Source: Mytilus californianus (lineage: Eukaryota). From it: a stretch of 64,000 nt of DNA. The notes beneath the pieces were generated by a model, which saw nothing but the letters and a program-made list of their open reading frames with translations, searched no databases and was not told where the DNA came from. Both the position numbers and the translations under genes were made by a program. The stretch covers positions 5,084,001-5,148,000 of the forward strand of contig NW_026262712.1 of assembly GCF_021869535.1 (NCBI RefSeq). Reading direction: 5' to 3'. Below are positions 27,662 to 38,802 of this stretch, piece by piece (position 1 is the stretch's first letter; each line of letters begins with the position of its first letter).

Positions 27662-28289
27662 GTATATATATATATATATTTAGATAACCAATATTTAATT
27701 ATTATTTTTTAATTGGACACTAGATGAAGATGGTTTGCTTAATTAGCTTTGTTTTTAAACCGCCCAAAATACAACACACAAAAAAACTCAAATTTCAAAG
27801 TGAAATTGAGTCCATCCGTCAAAAGAATAAATAAAAAAAAAATTGCAATTTGCCTAAACTATTACTCTTTATGACCTTCTGTTTTGCAGTATTTATGTCT
27901 AGGAATTTTGCGTTTGCTATATTTTCTTTAAAATCAATACGCTTTGGTATAAATGCAAGTCATTGGTAAACACTTAAGATTCACATATCTCATGTTAATG
28001 GATGATTTACCTGTATGCTCATCTGAGATATGTTCAAATAAACATGTAAGACACCACATTTGTAATGTGTCATGTAATACCAAGTGAAGTAAACCTAACA
28101 ATAACTTCCTTCATTATTAACTAACATTATAATTTTACAGTACATGCACTGTAACATGTGTAATGTAGATGTTTAACACAAACATCAGATTCAATTTAAA
28201 CAGATACATGTATATATATCTAAGTCTTATATAAATATACTAAAAAGATTACTTGGCTAACTATTTTTTTTTAATTTACTTTTTCTTAG

Positions 28290-28449
28290 AACGGTGAACA
28301 TTTTGAAGTTCGAGTTATCATAAACCATTGTGACTTCAATGTTTATGATATAAATGAAGACAGTGTTATCACAGTTGATGAGATTTATGAAATATTTCCT
28401 CAAAGAACTGATGCACATAGGTTGTTCAAGGCGCTTGATTCTACATCAG
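28290..28449 (+). CDS. Peptide gene A exon 3: C-terminal extension, EF-hand 1
   Basis: TTCTTAG|AAC...G|GTTAGT, 160 bp phase 0 to 1; NGEHFEVRVIINHCDFNVYDINEDSVITVDEIYEIFPQRTDAHRLFKALDSTS with EF loop DINEDSVITVDE. Confidence 0.88.
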
Positions 28450-29058
28450 GTTAGTATAGTTCTATAATGATTTTGTAGGGGTGATGTTTCTTGAAATTAC
28501 TATTTTTGTTTGGTCAACGACATTATCAAAGAATGTATATTTCAATACCATTTTCTCTATATTTCTCAAACCAAGCAATTCACATTATCATATATAGTAA
28601 GTTATATTGAACAACTGCATGTATATTCAAGAAATGAGAGTACATGTGTTCCATCATGATACTGTTTTTACTAGTCTAATATAGTTTTGTTGTGTCTGTT
28701 TCGTGTGCTGCCTCGTAAGATATTTGTCTTCCGCTAGACATCTTAAACAATACCATTATACATATGGACATTCCGAGGACAATTTTCTTATCTGTAACAT
28801 TAGAAAGCAACATGGGTACTTTTGTTATTGAAATTTGCAACCGTTTCAGATTATTATCAGTTTAGACATATTTTCTGTTTTCAACATAACAATTATGAGC
28901 AGTTTTGTTATCTTCGCTTTTATTTTTATTTTCAAAAAAATTAGGCATGGTTGATTACAACGTTTTATGAAATCATGTTTATGTTTAAATGGTATGAATG
29001 CATATTATACCACAATAAAACAGGTATTAAGATTTTAAGAATGTTTCTTAATTTTCAG

Positions 29059-29144
29059 TTGATGGTAAAGTGACCATTGACGAATTCAAGATGATGGCTC
29101 CACAAGTTATAAAGAAATGTGGATATAGCAAATATTCGTATTAA
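29059..29144 (+). CDS. Peptide gene A exon 4: EF-hand 2 and stop
   Basis: TTTTCAG|TT GAT GGT AAA..., phase 1; (V)DGKVTIDEFKMMAPQVIKKCGYSKYSY*, TAA at 29142-29144. Confidence 0.88.
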
Positions 29145-31011
29145 TGTTGTTTTTTGGTTAATATACACCAGTCAACAAAAGAAACGATACACAAGTTTGA
29201 ACTCTTATTTATCATAAATATAATATATAAGAAAAACTGTTAAACTATCCGATTAAAAACATTCATTTACAAAGCAAATACATATGATTAAAACAATCTG
29301 ACCAAATTGGAAAGTTAGAAAATACCAACTTATTGAACACAGGGGTCAAATTTATTTTGCGGAAAATAATGACAAAAGTCGGCACTCAAGATCGAAGATG
29401 AGAATTAAGTATTCAAATATCTGCACAGACATTCAACATTTTACAAAAAAATGTTTTAAGCAGACCATGTTTAATTTTCATATTTTAAATTCTAATATTG
29501 ATGTTTTAATTGTTTGGGAAAAAAACGATTTTTTAATTAACAAAAATTAAAAAAAAAAGTAAATGGAGTTTTTGCCTGAAATCAATGATTTTGATAAGAA
29601 AATAACACTCTGTAAAAATTAGACCAATTGGCTATTATCTACCTTGGTACAGTGTATCCAATTTCATTATACATGGAAAATACATTGCCTTGTCGCGGAA
29701 TAGAAGTTCCTTCATAATATAAGTTCCAAATGGAAACAATATTCTGGAATATTATTTCCACTGGAATAAATATTACAGTAAATGTTCCTAACGGAATAAA
29801 TGGTATAGAATATTTGTTCCAACAGGAACAAATATTATGATATTGTTTATAACAAAGTTTCCAGTGGAACTTCTGTTAGGCGGAACAAATATACGTTGAC
29901 AGCCTTGTATCGTTTCTTTTGTTGACTAGTATACATCAATGAAGCAATAGTAATAGTCATACAAAAGTCATGTAGATACAAGATCAATAATTGTATATTG
30001 TCATCTATAATATATGTCGGACAGGCATTTTATTCTTGTTTATCACCGATATTAATAAAGTAAAAAGATACTTATATCCTAAGATTTATTTGTTTATTTG
30101 TGTATAAATGTATTGGAATGGATCATTTGTTAATAAAGTTTCTACTACATCAACCTACCAGTTATTTATTTTGAGATGTATGTATTTTGCCCGTTTTTAT
30201 TGTTTGTTTTTTTTACTGTATGTCATATACAAATAAGGAGATGTGGTATGATTGCCAATGAGACAAATATCGACCAAAGTTGGAAATGAAGGGAATGTAG
30301 GCAACCATACGGCCTTCAATAATGACCTGAGTGAGAAAAGCCGATACAATATAGTCGGCAATAAAAGGTCTGTACATGAAAAATTTGATACAATAGAGAA
30401 AACTAGCGGCATAATTAGTACCTAAATATGACAGACATAAATCAAAAGCAACAATTAAACAGCAGGCTCCTAACTTTTGACAGGCACATAAGGACTATTA
30501 CGGGATTACACACGTCTGTGAGCGCTTGACACTACCTCAACTTTGCTAAATATTGTGTTACAGCACAACATTTGACTAAACTATCAAAATAAGTTTAAAT
30601 GAGTTAAGTCATCAGATCGATACAACGCAGAGAAAACATCTCACACAAAAAAAAACATACAGGACTTGTCTTGATTGTGAAGACAGATTTGACTGCGATA
30701 TTCAAAGCGATAATTTGGAACATTTTACAGTTGAGTACTTCGTGTAACATGTCTTTACATTAAGATGAATTATATACTATACCAAGATCTCATGATGTGA
30801 CACGTGGTCATCACGCGTTATAACCTTTTCTGATTTCGAAAGATTTTTTGAAATAACCTTCATATGGGAAACCATGCATCAAAATAAGTGCATATCATGG
30901 GTGTATTTAAGAATCATTGTTTTTATAATAACAAATTCTGCTGACAGGGACACATTATTATTGATGAGTAAAAGTGTGGCTGTTAGGTCATAAATTGCAT
31001 ATATATAAATA

Positions 31012-32170
31012 TTCAAGTGAAGATACAATCGAACATAGAACTGGTCTATAAATAATTGGAGATGTAAATCACACATACTGTTAAAATTTTATGAAATTTC
31101 AGCACCTGACACTGAAATCTGTTCATAGACATTATTAAGGATGAACTTAGGTAAAATTAAAAAAAAAAACAAGACATTAAAATTGATACAATTAGTCGAA
31201 AAAGTATTAGTTAAGGAACAATAAAAGCTAAAATATTAATAAGTTATGGAGCTCCTTTTCGAGATATTTAAGTTTTATCCTTTTCGATATATTTGAGTTT
31301 TCACAAATGGCGGGAAAAGGCAGTCAAAACTTTGACTTGAAACTTATATTTGCATTGGTAATATTTTGGTCTCAAATCGATAGAAAAGAAATCAAAAAGC
31401 TGCTTAAATATTGGTGAATGACCTTTTATAAGCTATTAAAATCTTATTTAAAAAGGAAAATGGGTGTTATGGGGCAAAATTGTTTACCCTGAACCGTAGG
31501 AAAAAACTTAAGCAGTCCGAACATTTGGCACACATTCCTTAACCTCATCTAAGTGCATCCTTAAGTAGAATCTCACAAAATATTTGAATATCACTCTAAA
31601 ATCTAAATGCTAAATTGTTGTCATATCATTTAAGCAAAGCGTGGACACGTGATATGTATTCTTACCAGATAAGGTATCTTCTCCAGAAATGTTTAGGCCT
31701 ATAGTAGTTTACGATATTTAAAACTGTTCATATTTTTCAGGGCCAGCTGAACCCAGCCTCTGGGTGCCGGGTTTTCTCGCTGTGTTGAAGACCCATTGGT
31801 GGCCTTCGTCTGATTTTATCTGCTTTTTGTTCGGGTTGTTGTCTCTTTGACAGATTCCCCATTTCCATTCTCAATGTTATGGTTATGTGTACAATAAAAA
31901 AGGCAGAACGGTTCTGCATGAGTTACGGCGATTGTAATATATTGTATATTGATATTTTTGTTCAGCGAACGTGTGTGGTTTAAAACATACAATCGAATGA
32001 GTTATTTGAGTCATTAAGTAAATTATTTATTATCACATTTAATAATTGGATTACATGCGGTCATCCACGATTAACATCCTGTATAAATATACATACAAAA
32101 TTTGTAGCAAAGGGTTGTACAATAAAGGTTCAACATCCTCTTGGAAGATCAAATAAATGTACAGATACAC
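31012..32170. repeat. Segment duplicated in inverted orientation at about 39420-40563
   Basis: Long colinear reverse-complement match (paired ORFs 30879-31076/40499-40696 and 31737-31919/39681-39863), including a shared MITE. Confidence 0.9.
31135..31564. mobile_element. MITE with AAGGATG(A/C)ACTTAG termini in TTAA context; duplicate at about 40037-40437
   Basis: TTAAGGATGAACTTAG ... CTAAGTGCATCCTTAA; presence in both arms indicates insertion before the duplication. Confidence 0.75.
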
Positions 32171-33369
32171 GTTTTTTTCTATAGATTGGACCGTTGGTTT
32201 TCCCGTTTGAATGATTTTACACTAGTCATTTTTTGGGCCCTTTATAGCTTGTTGTTCGGTGTGAGCCAATGCTCCGTGTTGAAGACCTTTCTGTGACATA
32301 TAATGGTTTACTTTTACAAATTATGACTTGGATGGAGAGTTGTCTCGTTGGCACTCATACCACATCTTCCTATATATATATGCATACTACTGGACATCAG
32401 GTTCCTAACTTAGGACATATGCAAAACAAATGCAGCGGGATGAAACGTATTAATAGATACAAACTACACCCTTACCTAAAACAAAAGTGTAACATCAATT
32501 GGAATGTCTTAAAGCAATCAAAAGACATATTAACACAAACAAGTGAATTTAAACTGAATGCAATGCAAATACAAAATCAATAAAATAAGGAGTGAGATGT
32601 TAAACAATTTCAGAAAGACAACCATAACATTGAAAAAAATGCCTCAAAATAGAATAATGTACACAAATAAATGAAAAAATAAATTTGTTGTATACAGAAG
32701 TGAACATTTATAGTCATACTAAACACTTATCAAAGCTAGTATATATTAAAAATAGAGAGATGAGATATACCACTAAATAAAAAAACAATCAATAACAAAA
32801 AAGCATAAAATTGTATCAACAGGTCAAATTAACACGAAAGTAAGATTTGAGAGTACTCATATTACTGAAAGCTAGTTAAAAGCCATAAACAATTATAATA
32901 AAAAATCATGCATAAGAGACTAAAATCAACTTAAACACATCCCAGAAGTTTAGAACGTTAACGTCGTTAGACAACCATCTGTAATAAAAAAAATACCGTT
33001 ACAGTGGGCTGAAAAACGAAATTGCGCAACATGCCTTGAAACTATTTTCTGATTTACCAATAGGTGTTTGACAAAGTTTACACAGATGTCTTACATTGTT
33101 TGTAAATATAGAACAGAGACCGTCTAGTGAATACTATGCAGTGTTTAATTCGTTGATTTCGATTGATGCGTTTGTCATGACATTTACTATTCTGTAGGTT
33201 TTTTTTCATTTATTAACAGTATCTGAGACATCAGAAGAGCAAGTTTAAGATATCTTTCCTTGCCACATTGTCATTTAGACAAAGGGTATATGCCATGTGC
33301 AGCATTTAGTAAATAGACAAAGACAGTTAGCTTATATCTGTTTCTGGATAGTTTACAGTTGAAATATTG

Positions 33370-36300
33370 GTCAATGTACGGCCAGATTGAAAACAGTATT
33401 CACCGCATTTCAAATCACATCAATAAATTAAGAAGTCATATTCATGTAACAAACAAAGCTTAATGAATGGCATGGAATCCTAAAAAGGGCAAGGCCGGGT
33501 GGCAATGCTGCTGCAGCCAGATTATTCAATAAAAATGCACGTGGATATCCACAAATATTTTCGTGCAATGCGAGAAATTGACTAACCTGATCTAGATTAT
33601 CTTCTGGTAATACTGTAAGGTCAACAGTGAACGTGAGAGCATTTTCGCTTTCCTTTTCCTGTGACATTACATGAAAAACCCAAAGCCTCATTTATCTGGT
33701 TACATTAACAAAGACAAAGTGTGGTATACCATTTGTAGGACAAACAGGACGGGAGTTTTGTAAACGAACACAGGAACATCTAGACCGCTTCCGAAAACCT
33801 AAGAAATTCAAAAGTATAATTTATCAACATTTAGGTAAACACAACCACAATATTACATTTATTAGATTTCAACCGCTCGAACCGATACAAAAACAACAAG
33901 GGCAATCGCATAAACAATTTGAAGATTCCCGTTAAATTATCGAACTGTCTTGGATTAAACGACTTCAAACAGCTTATCCCCTGGGTCTAAATGACTATAT
34001 ACTTGGACAGGGGAACATATGTACAACTTCTTCTATTGATAATTTGAATAGTATGGATAAAAGACAACGAAATAATAGGTCTCATGGCAAACGTATCAAT
34101 CGAAATCAACGAATTAAACATCGTATAAATTATACACTTGGTAATCTCCTATCTATATTTAAAAACAAAGGTAGGCATCAATTATTATGTAAACTTGGTC
34201 AAATACCAATTAGTAAATTACATGATATTTTCAAGGAGTGTGACACAATCTCTCTCTTCAACCCACTGTATGAATATTCGCATATAATTACAACTTTTTG
34301 CCACCATAGGCTGTTCCAGCATATTGACAAACCTGAAGATCATAAACTTCATTTTCTGAAAATTGAATATATCAGCAGAGGTATTGATTTTATCAACTTA
34401 TCTAGTATATTTAATGACTCTGCCGTTGAAAACTTTATAACTCCCTATTTTGATAACACAGAACCACCTATTATTTCATACACATACAAAAACCCAGCAG
34501 AAGTTTAATTTTTAGTTATACGTCGGTAACATCAGACGTCAATGTAACTTGAAACTGTCAATGGTCGAAGTTTAGATATGTTCCATATGGCCATGTTATT
34601 ACGGGGGACCTCAATATCGCCCAGGACAGAGAGGTTAAAAACTTTTTGAAAAAAGGACCAAAACATCGTCCTTCATCTAAAATAGATTGGAAACAGTGTC
34701 GTCAGGTCATCAAAGATGCTCTTTCCTCAGTTTGTAAAAATTGGTGTAAACGGGAAAAATCTGATAAAAATTTCTTGATTCTTATTTAAATAAATGTATG
34801 AATGTTGTAGATAATAGAATATCACATTTTGAAAATAATTTAGACGTAAATAATAGGTTACATAATACGCTTATTTCCAGAATAAGAAATAAACTTCAAG
34901 AACCTTCAAAGCGGTTTATGTTTGTACCGGCCCGCGCGGCCGATAAAGCAGCCAACAATGTGATGGTGGTATGCCGTAAGTACTACACGGACGTTCATAA
35001 GAATGAAATTTTAAATTCATCTACATTCAAGTCCATGCGCTCCACAGAGAGTCATACAGTTAACAAACATATCATCACCATATCACAGCTTAAGGCTTCT
35101 TCTGGACATTTGAAGGTCCCTTCTATGTTTTGGTTACCTAAATTTCACAAAAAAACAGTAAACTATCGTTTCATCTCGGCCTCTAGTAAGTGTTCTACAA
35201 CTAATCTTTCAGTGCTTTTAACAAGTTCCTTAACTACTATCAAAGAGCTTATCATAAACTTTTGTAATAAAATATATAAAAATAGTGGAATTAACTATTT
35301 TTGGAGTGTAAAAAATTCTTTGGATGTTTTAGGTATATTACGTGCTTGTGATGGTCCTTTTGATTCTGCTGAATGTTTTGACTTTTCTACTCTTTACGCT
35401 ACACTTGCACACAATCTTATCAAACAAAAGTTTTCCTATTTAATTAAATGGTCGTTTGGTAAATCTGAATGCAAATATATTTGCTGCAACTTATTTAAAG
35501 CCTTCTTCTCTAATGAGAAAGGTAGATATGCTAAATATACCTGCTGGAGGTGTGATGAGATGATTGAAGCTGCTAATTGTCTCCTTGATAATATTTATGT
35601 ACGTTTCGGCAACAAAGTTTATATAATTGCGCCCCTTTAATAACAGACTTTTTTTGTACTGTTATTAATCACAGTTTATTTCCATGCTCATTAAAGACCC
35701 GTCTAAATTGCATTTAATTGATAAATTCAACAACACTTACTGTTTTCGTTAAATAATCAAGAATTTTCTCAATATACTGCCGAAATTTACCCAAAGGAGC
35801 TTACTTTAAATAAATCAAAATTAAACGATAACAACTGTCCTTTCCCAGATTTAGATATTTTGGTTTTGAACGGGAAACTCCACACTAAAATTTACGACAA
35901 AAGGGATAATTTTTCGTTCCCTATCAGTAATTTTTCCTTTTTGGATGATGATGTTCCTTTGGCACCATCTTACGGTGTTTATATTTCACAACTCGTTCGC
36001 TATGCCCGTGTCTGTTGTGACGTTTTTGATTTTAACGAACGTAATCTTTGTATTACTGGTAAATTATTAAGCCAGGGATTTCGTTACCACAAATGACTTA
36101 AAACCTTTACTAAACTCTTCCGTAAATATATAGATTTGATTTTAAAGTTTGGTTGTACCTGTAGAAAACGTAATTCAAACGGAATAGTACATCCTCATTT
36201 TTACGGAAATGTTGTTTACCGTGCCCGGAAATTTAGAAACGATCCTGGTAAACTTATCGATTCTTTAAATACACTTATTCTAAAAGGTTACCAATTCAAC

Positions 36301-36680
36301 ACTGTTATTAGATCATTGAATATTGTTTTTATTGGTATTAATATTGATTTTGTTATCAGTGAATTAAACGCAAACTAAATATTAATGCTATATACATATA
36401 CACATTCATGGATCTACAATCTGTCGATACCTGTTTCTTGGCATTGCTCAAGGTCATGTTTTTCTCTGACTGTTTATGACGTTTTTACACTTAATCCATT
36501 GGATGTTGGATGTGTACTGATTGATAATTTAGTCTTAGATGCATGATTTTTTTATTAGTTGTTAGTGGCTTTGAACTAGCTGCCAGTAACTGCGAGTACT
36601 CTCAGATCTGTACTTAGTGTCTTTTTGTTGTTGGGATGTACAAGTACCCGTCCACGTCCACTTGTATTTGTATTTATTTA
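33370..36680 (+). mobile_element. Naiad-clade Penelope-like retroelement (N-terminal GIY-YIG, CxC linker, C-terminal RT), decayed, with Sec-type TGA codons
   Basis: One frame 33450-34508 gives SCNARN*LT*SRL...CDIT*KTQSLIYLVTLTKTKCGIPFVGQTGR...QEH...QH...WIKRLQTAYPLGLN; then T*NC...GHVITGDL, ADKAANN, FWLPKFHK, FDFSTLY, YDKRDNFSFPI. Boundaries approximate. Confidence 0.9.
36465..36539 (+). promoter_or_regulatory. SECIS-like element in the Naiad 3' UTR
   Basis: ATGAC (36476) / TGAT (36522) core, about 10-bp helix II with TACAC/GTGTA (two mismatches), unpaired AA at 36493 then TCCA/TGGA mini-stem, helix I TCT-GACT/AGTC-TT-AGA. Folded by eye. Confidence 0.65.
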
Positions 36681-37011
36681 CAGACGTATGCAAACAGTTG
36701 TGCAAAATTAAAAGGTAAACTGTACATGTTTAATACTCTATCCTGCAACTAGGTTTGGTCAATTTTTTTTTATCATAATATTTCAAACGAATAGCATATC
36801 TATATATTTGTATTCATCTATCAACTCCGATATTTTCAAGCAAAATACTTATAACATATAAATAAAACAGAACTGTGCTTCTTCACAAAACTCATAATAT
36901 CAATGTAGAGAATTGATTGGCCTATCAATGCGAATGAAACATACATATTGACAGTAAAAACATCTTTGTTATGTGTTTTCAAATGTCAAGTAAATTACTA
37001 AAAACATAACA

Positions 37012-37356
37012 TTAAAATAGCAGAGCAGTGGGTGTTTTCTTTCTTCCAAAGTCCCACTTAAAACCCGCAAGCGCACCTCGATCTCCCCGGTTGTCCCCAA
37101 AAATTGATAAACCTAATTGAAGGTTTTTACGTTTGTGTGATACACCAAGACTTCCCCCTCGATGTCCTTTTGATGTACCAAATCCTCCTGCGTTGAACCC
37201 CCAATTCCTATGTCGATGAGAAAGGCTGAGATCTGCTCGTGTTCCAATATCTTCACTACGAGTCAACTTTCCTCTAAAGATTGGTTTATGTTTCTGAGCA
37301 ACAAGATAATGTGTGCAAAGAGCTATAACCACAAGTAAATAACTTGATTTTATATC
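37012..37356 (-). CDS. Peptide gene B exon 2: signal peptide, 83-aa cationic Gly-rich peptide, GRKK, short tail (no EF-hand)
   Basis: CTTTTTAG|GAT ATA AAA...; DIKSSYLLVVIALCTHYLVA-QKHKPIFRGKLTRSEDIGTRADLSLSHRHRNWGFNAGGFGTSKGHRGGSLGVSHKRKNLQLGLSIFGDNRGDRGALAGFKWDF-GRKK-TPTALLF*; overlaps track ORF 37012-37332. Confidence 0.9.
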   Translation of the reverse strand, partial: DIKSSYLLVVIALCTHYLVAQKHKPIFRGKLTRSEDIGTRADLSLSHRHRNWGFNAGGFGTSKGHRGGSLGVSHKRKNLQLGLSIFGDNRGDRGALAGFKWDFGRKKTPTALLF

Positions 37357-37972
37357 CTAAAAAGAAAAGACAAACAATATGTAACTAAGAATATTCTACC
37401 GAGAAGAGAAATACAATTTGAGGTTAAATCCGTTAAAAAAAACCTACTCCTACATGTATTACTGACAATTCAATAATATAGCTTTTAAAATGGTTTACCA
37501 AAATCAGCTGATTTCATTGTTTTAAAATTTTCATGTGTCATGAAACCATATATCCAAAAACAGTATTTACAAAAGTACCGAACATTAAAGTAAAAAGGGA
37601 CGTGCATAAAAACGGAAAATATCAAACAATCATCTGAATTTATCAACCAACGAAACTAATGAAAACAACTGTCATATTCCCGACTAGTTACACAAAGTTT
37701 GAACAAGTGTCCACGAGTTTATGTTTTCTGAATTATAAAGTCAGTTTAGAAAATTATGCAAACAATATGAAATCATGTAAAATTATAAATATTTAGCCAT
37801 ATTTGTGTGTGTTGACTACATAATTTACATAAAAAAATACATCAATATTACATATTTTTAGTTGCTTACAACGTTATTTTAGATAAGATTTTGTCAAATC
37901 GAACAAATGTTGATACAGAAATAGTAAAGGTCAAAAGACACTCAGAAGTCAAACAAACAAAAAGACGAATTT

Positions 37973-38030
37973 CACCAGGCAACATCATCTACAGTAGAAA
38001 CCACCAGGCAACATCATCTACAGTAGAAAC
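37973..38030. repeat. Perfect 29-bp tandem duplication in intron 1 of gene B
   Basis: CACCAGGCAACATCATCTACAGTAGAAAC x2. Confidence 0.95.
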
Positions 38031-38728
38031 ACAGCAGTCTCTGAACTATACACACATGCACACTTCATAAATTCCAACCACAATCACTAAGAAAGATAAA
38101 GGTGTTGATTACAGGGAAATAACTCTTCTATATTATTGACTCTTGTTATTCAAGTTTGAATCAAGATAAAGCCTACGCCATCTTTAGACTGGTTCTATAC
38201 CGACGCGCAGGTACATATGTAATTGGTTTTTGTTCATGCAAAGTGCTGAAAGATATTTATAGTCGTTTTTACAAATTTCTAATGAAAGATAACGATTGAT
38301 ATCATAATATAACTTAAAAATTATGTAAACTAAACTGATATAAAAGATTTTAAAAACTGAAAATTACACATATTAAGCACAGATATATTTGGAATTGCAA
38401 CGAGCTCTTAATTGTCATTAAATGTTTGTCCGTAATATGTGAATCAAATAAAAGGACGGATCTGTATTTGAAACGTCAAATAGACTTGTAGTCATGTCAT
38501 CAACAAAGAATGAGCGATATGGTGATGGTGGCTACATACAGTTATAAAAAAATTATAATGAATGAAAGGTGATTCAAGGTATCTGGATTGAGACAGCAAT
38601 CCAACGAAATAAATCCAAAAAAGACATTTATCAATGAAAAATCTTATTCATTAAACATGTATATTTTGATATGATTTTGCTGAACCATCTTCCGGTAAAA
38701 GATATAAAGTAATGAAGAAATTACCTAC

Positions 38729-38802
38729 CATGTTGGCGTGCCTTTTCAACTTGAAGATTCATATAGAATACATATTTTCCCTAAAACAAGTCTACTTATA
38801 TA
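38729..38802 (-). promoter_or_regulatory. Gene B TATA box and ATG-only coding exon 1
   Basis: Minus strand TATATAA at 38802-38796; CGCCAACATG|GTAGGT with ATG at 38731-38729, phase 0 to the acceptor at 37356. Confidence 0.7.

Noticed and set aside
29660-29900. Degenerate GTTCC/GGAAC sub-repeats as a CRISPR-like or coding array
   Set aside because: Irregular period, no constant repeat-spacer structure, eukaryotic context; likely an old MITE interior.
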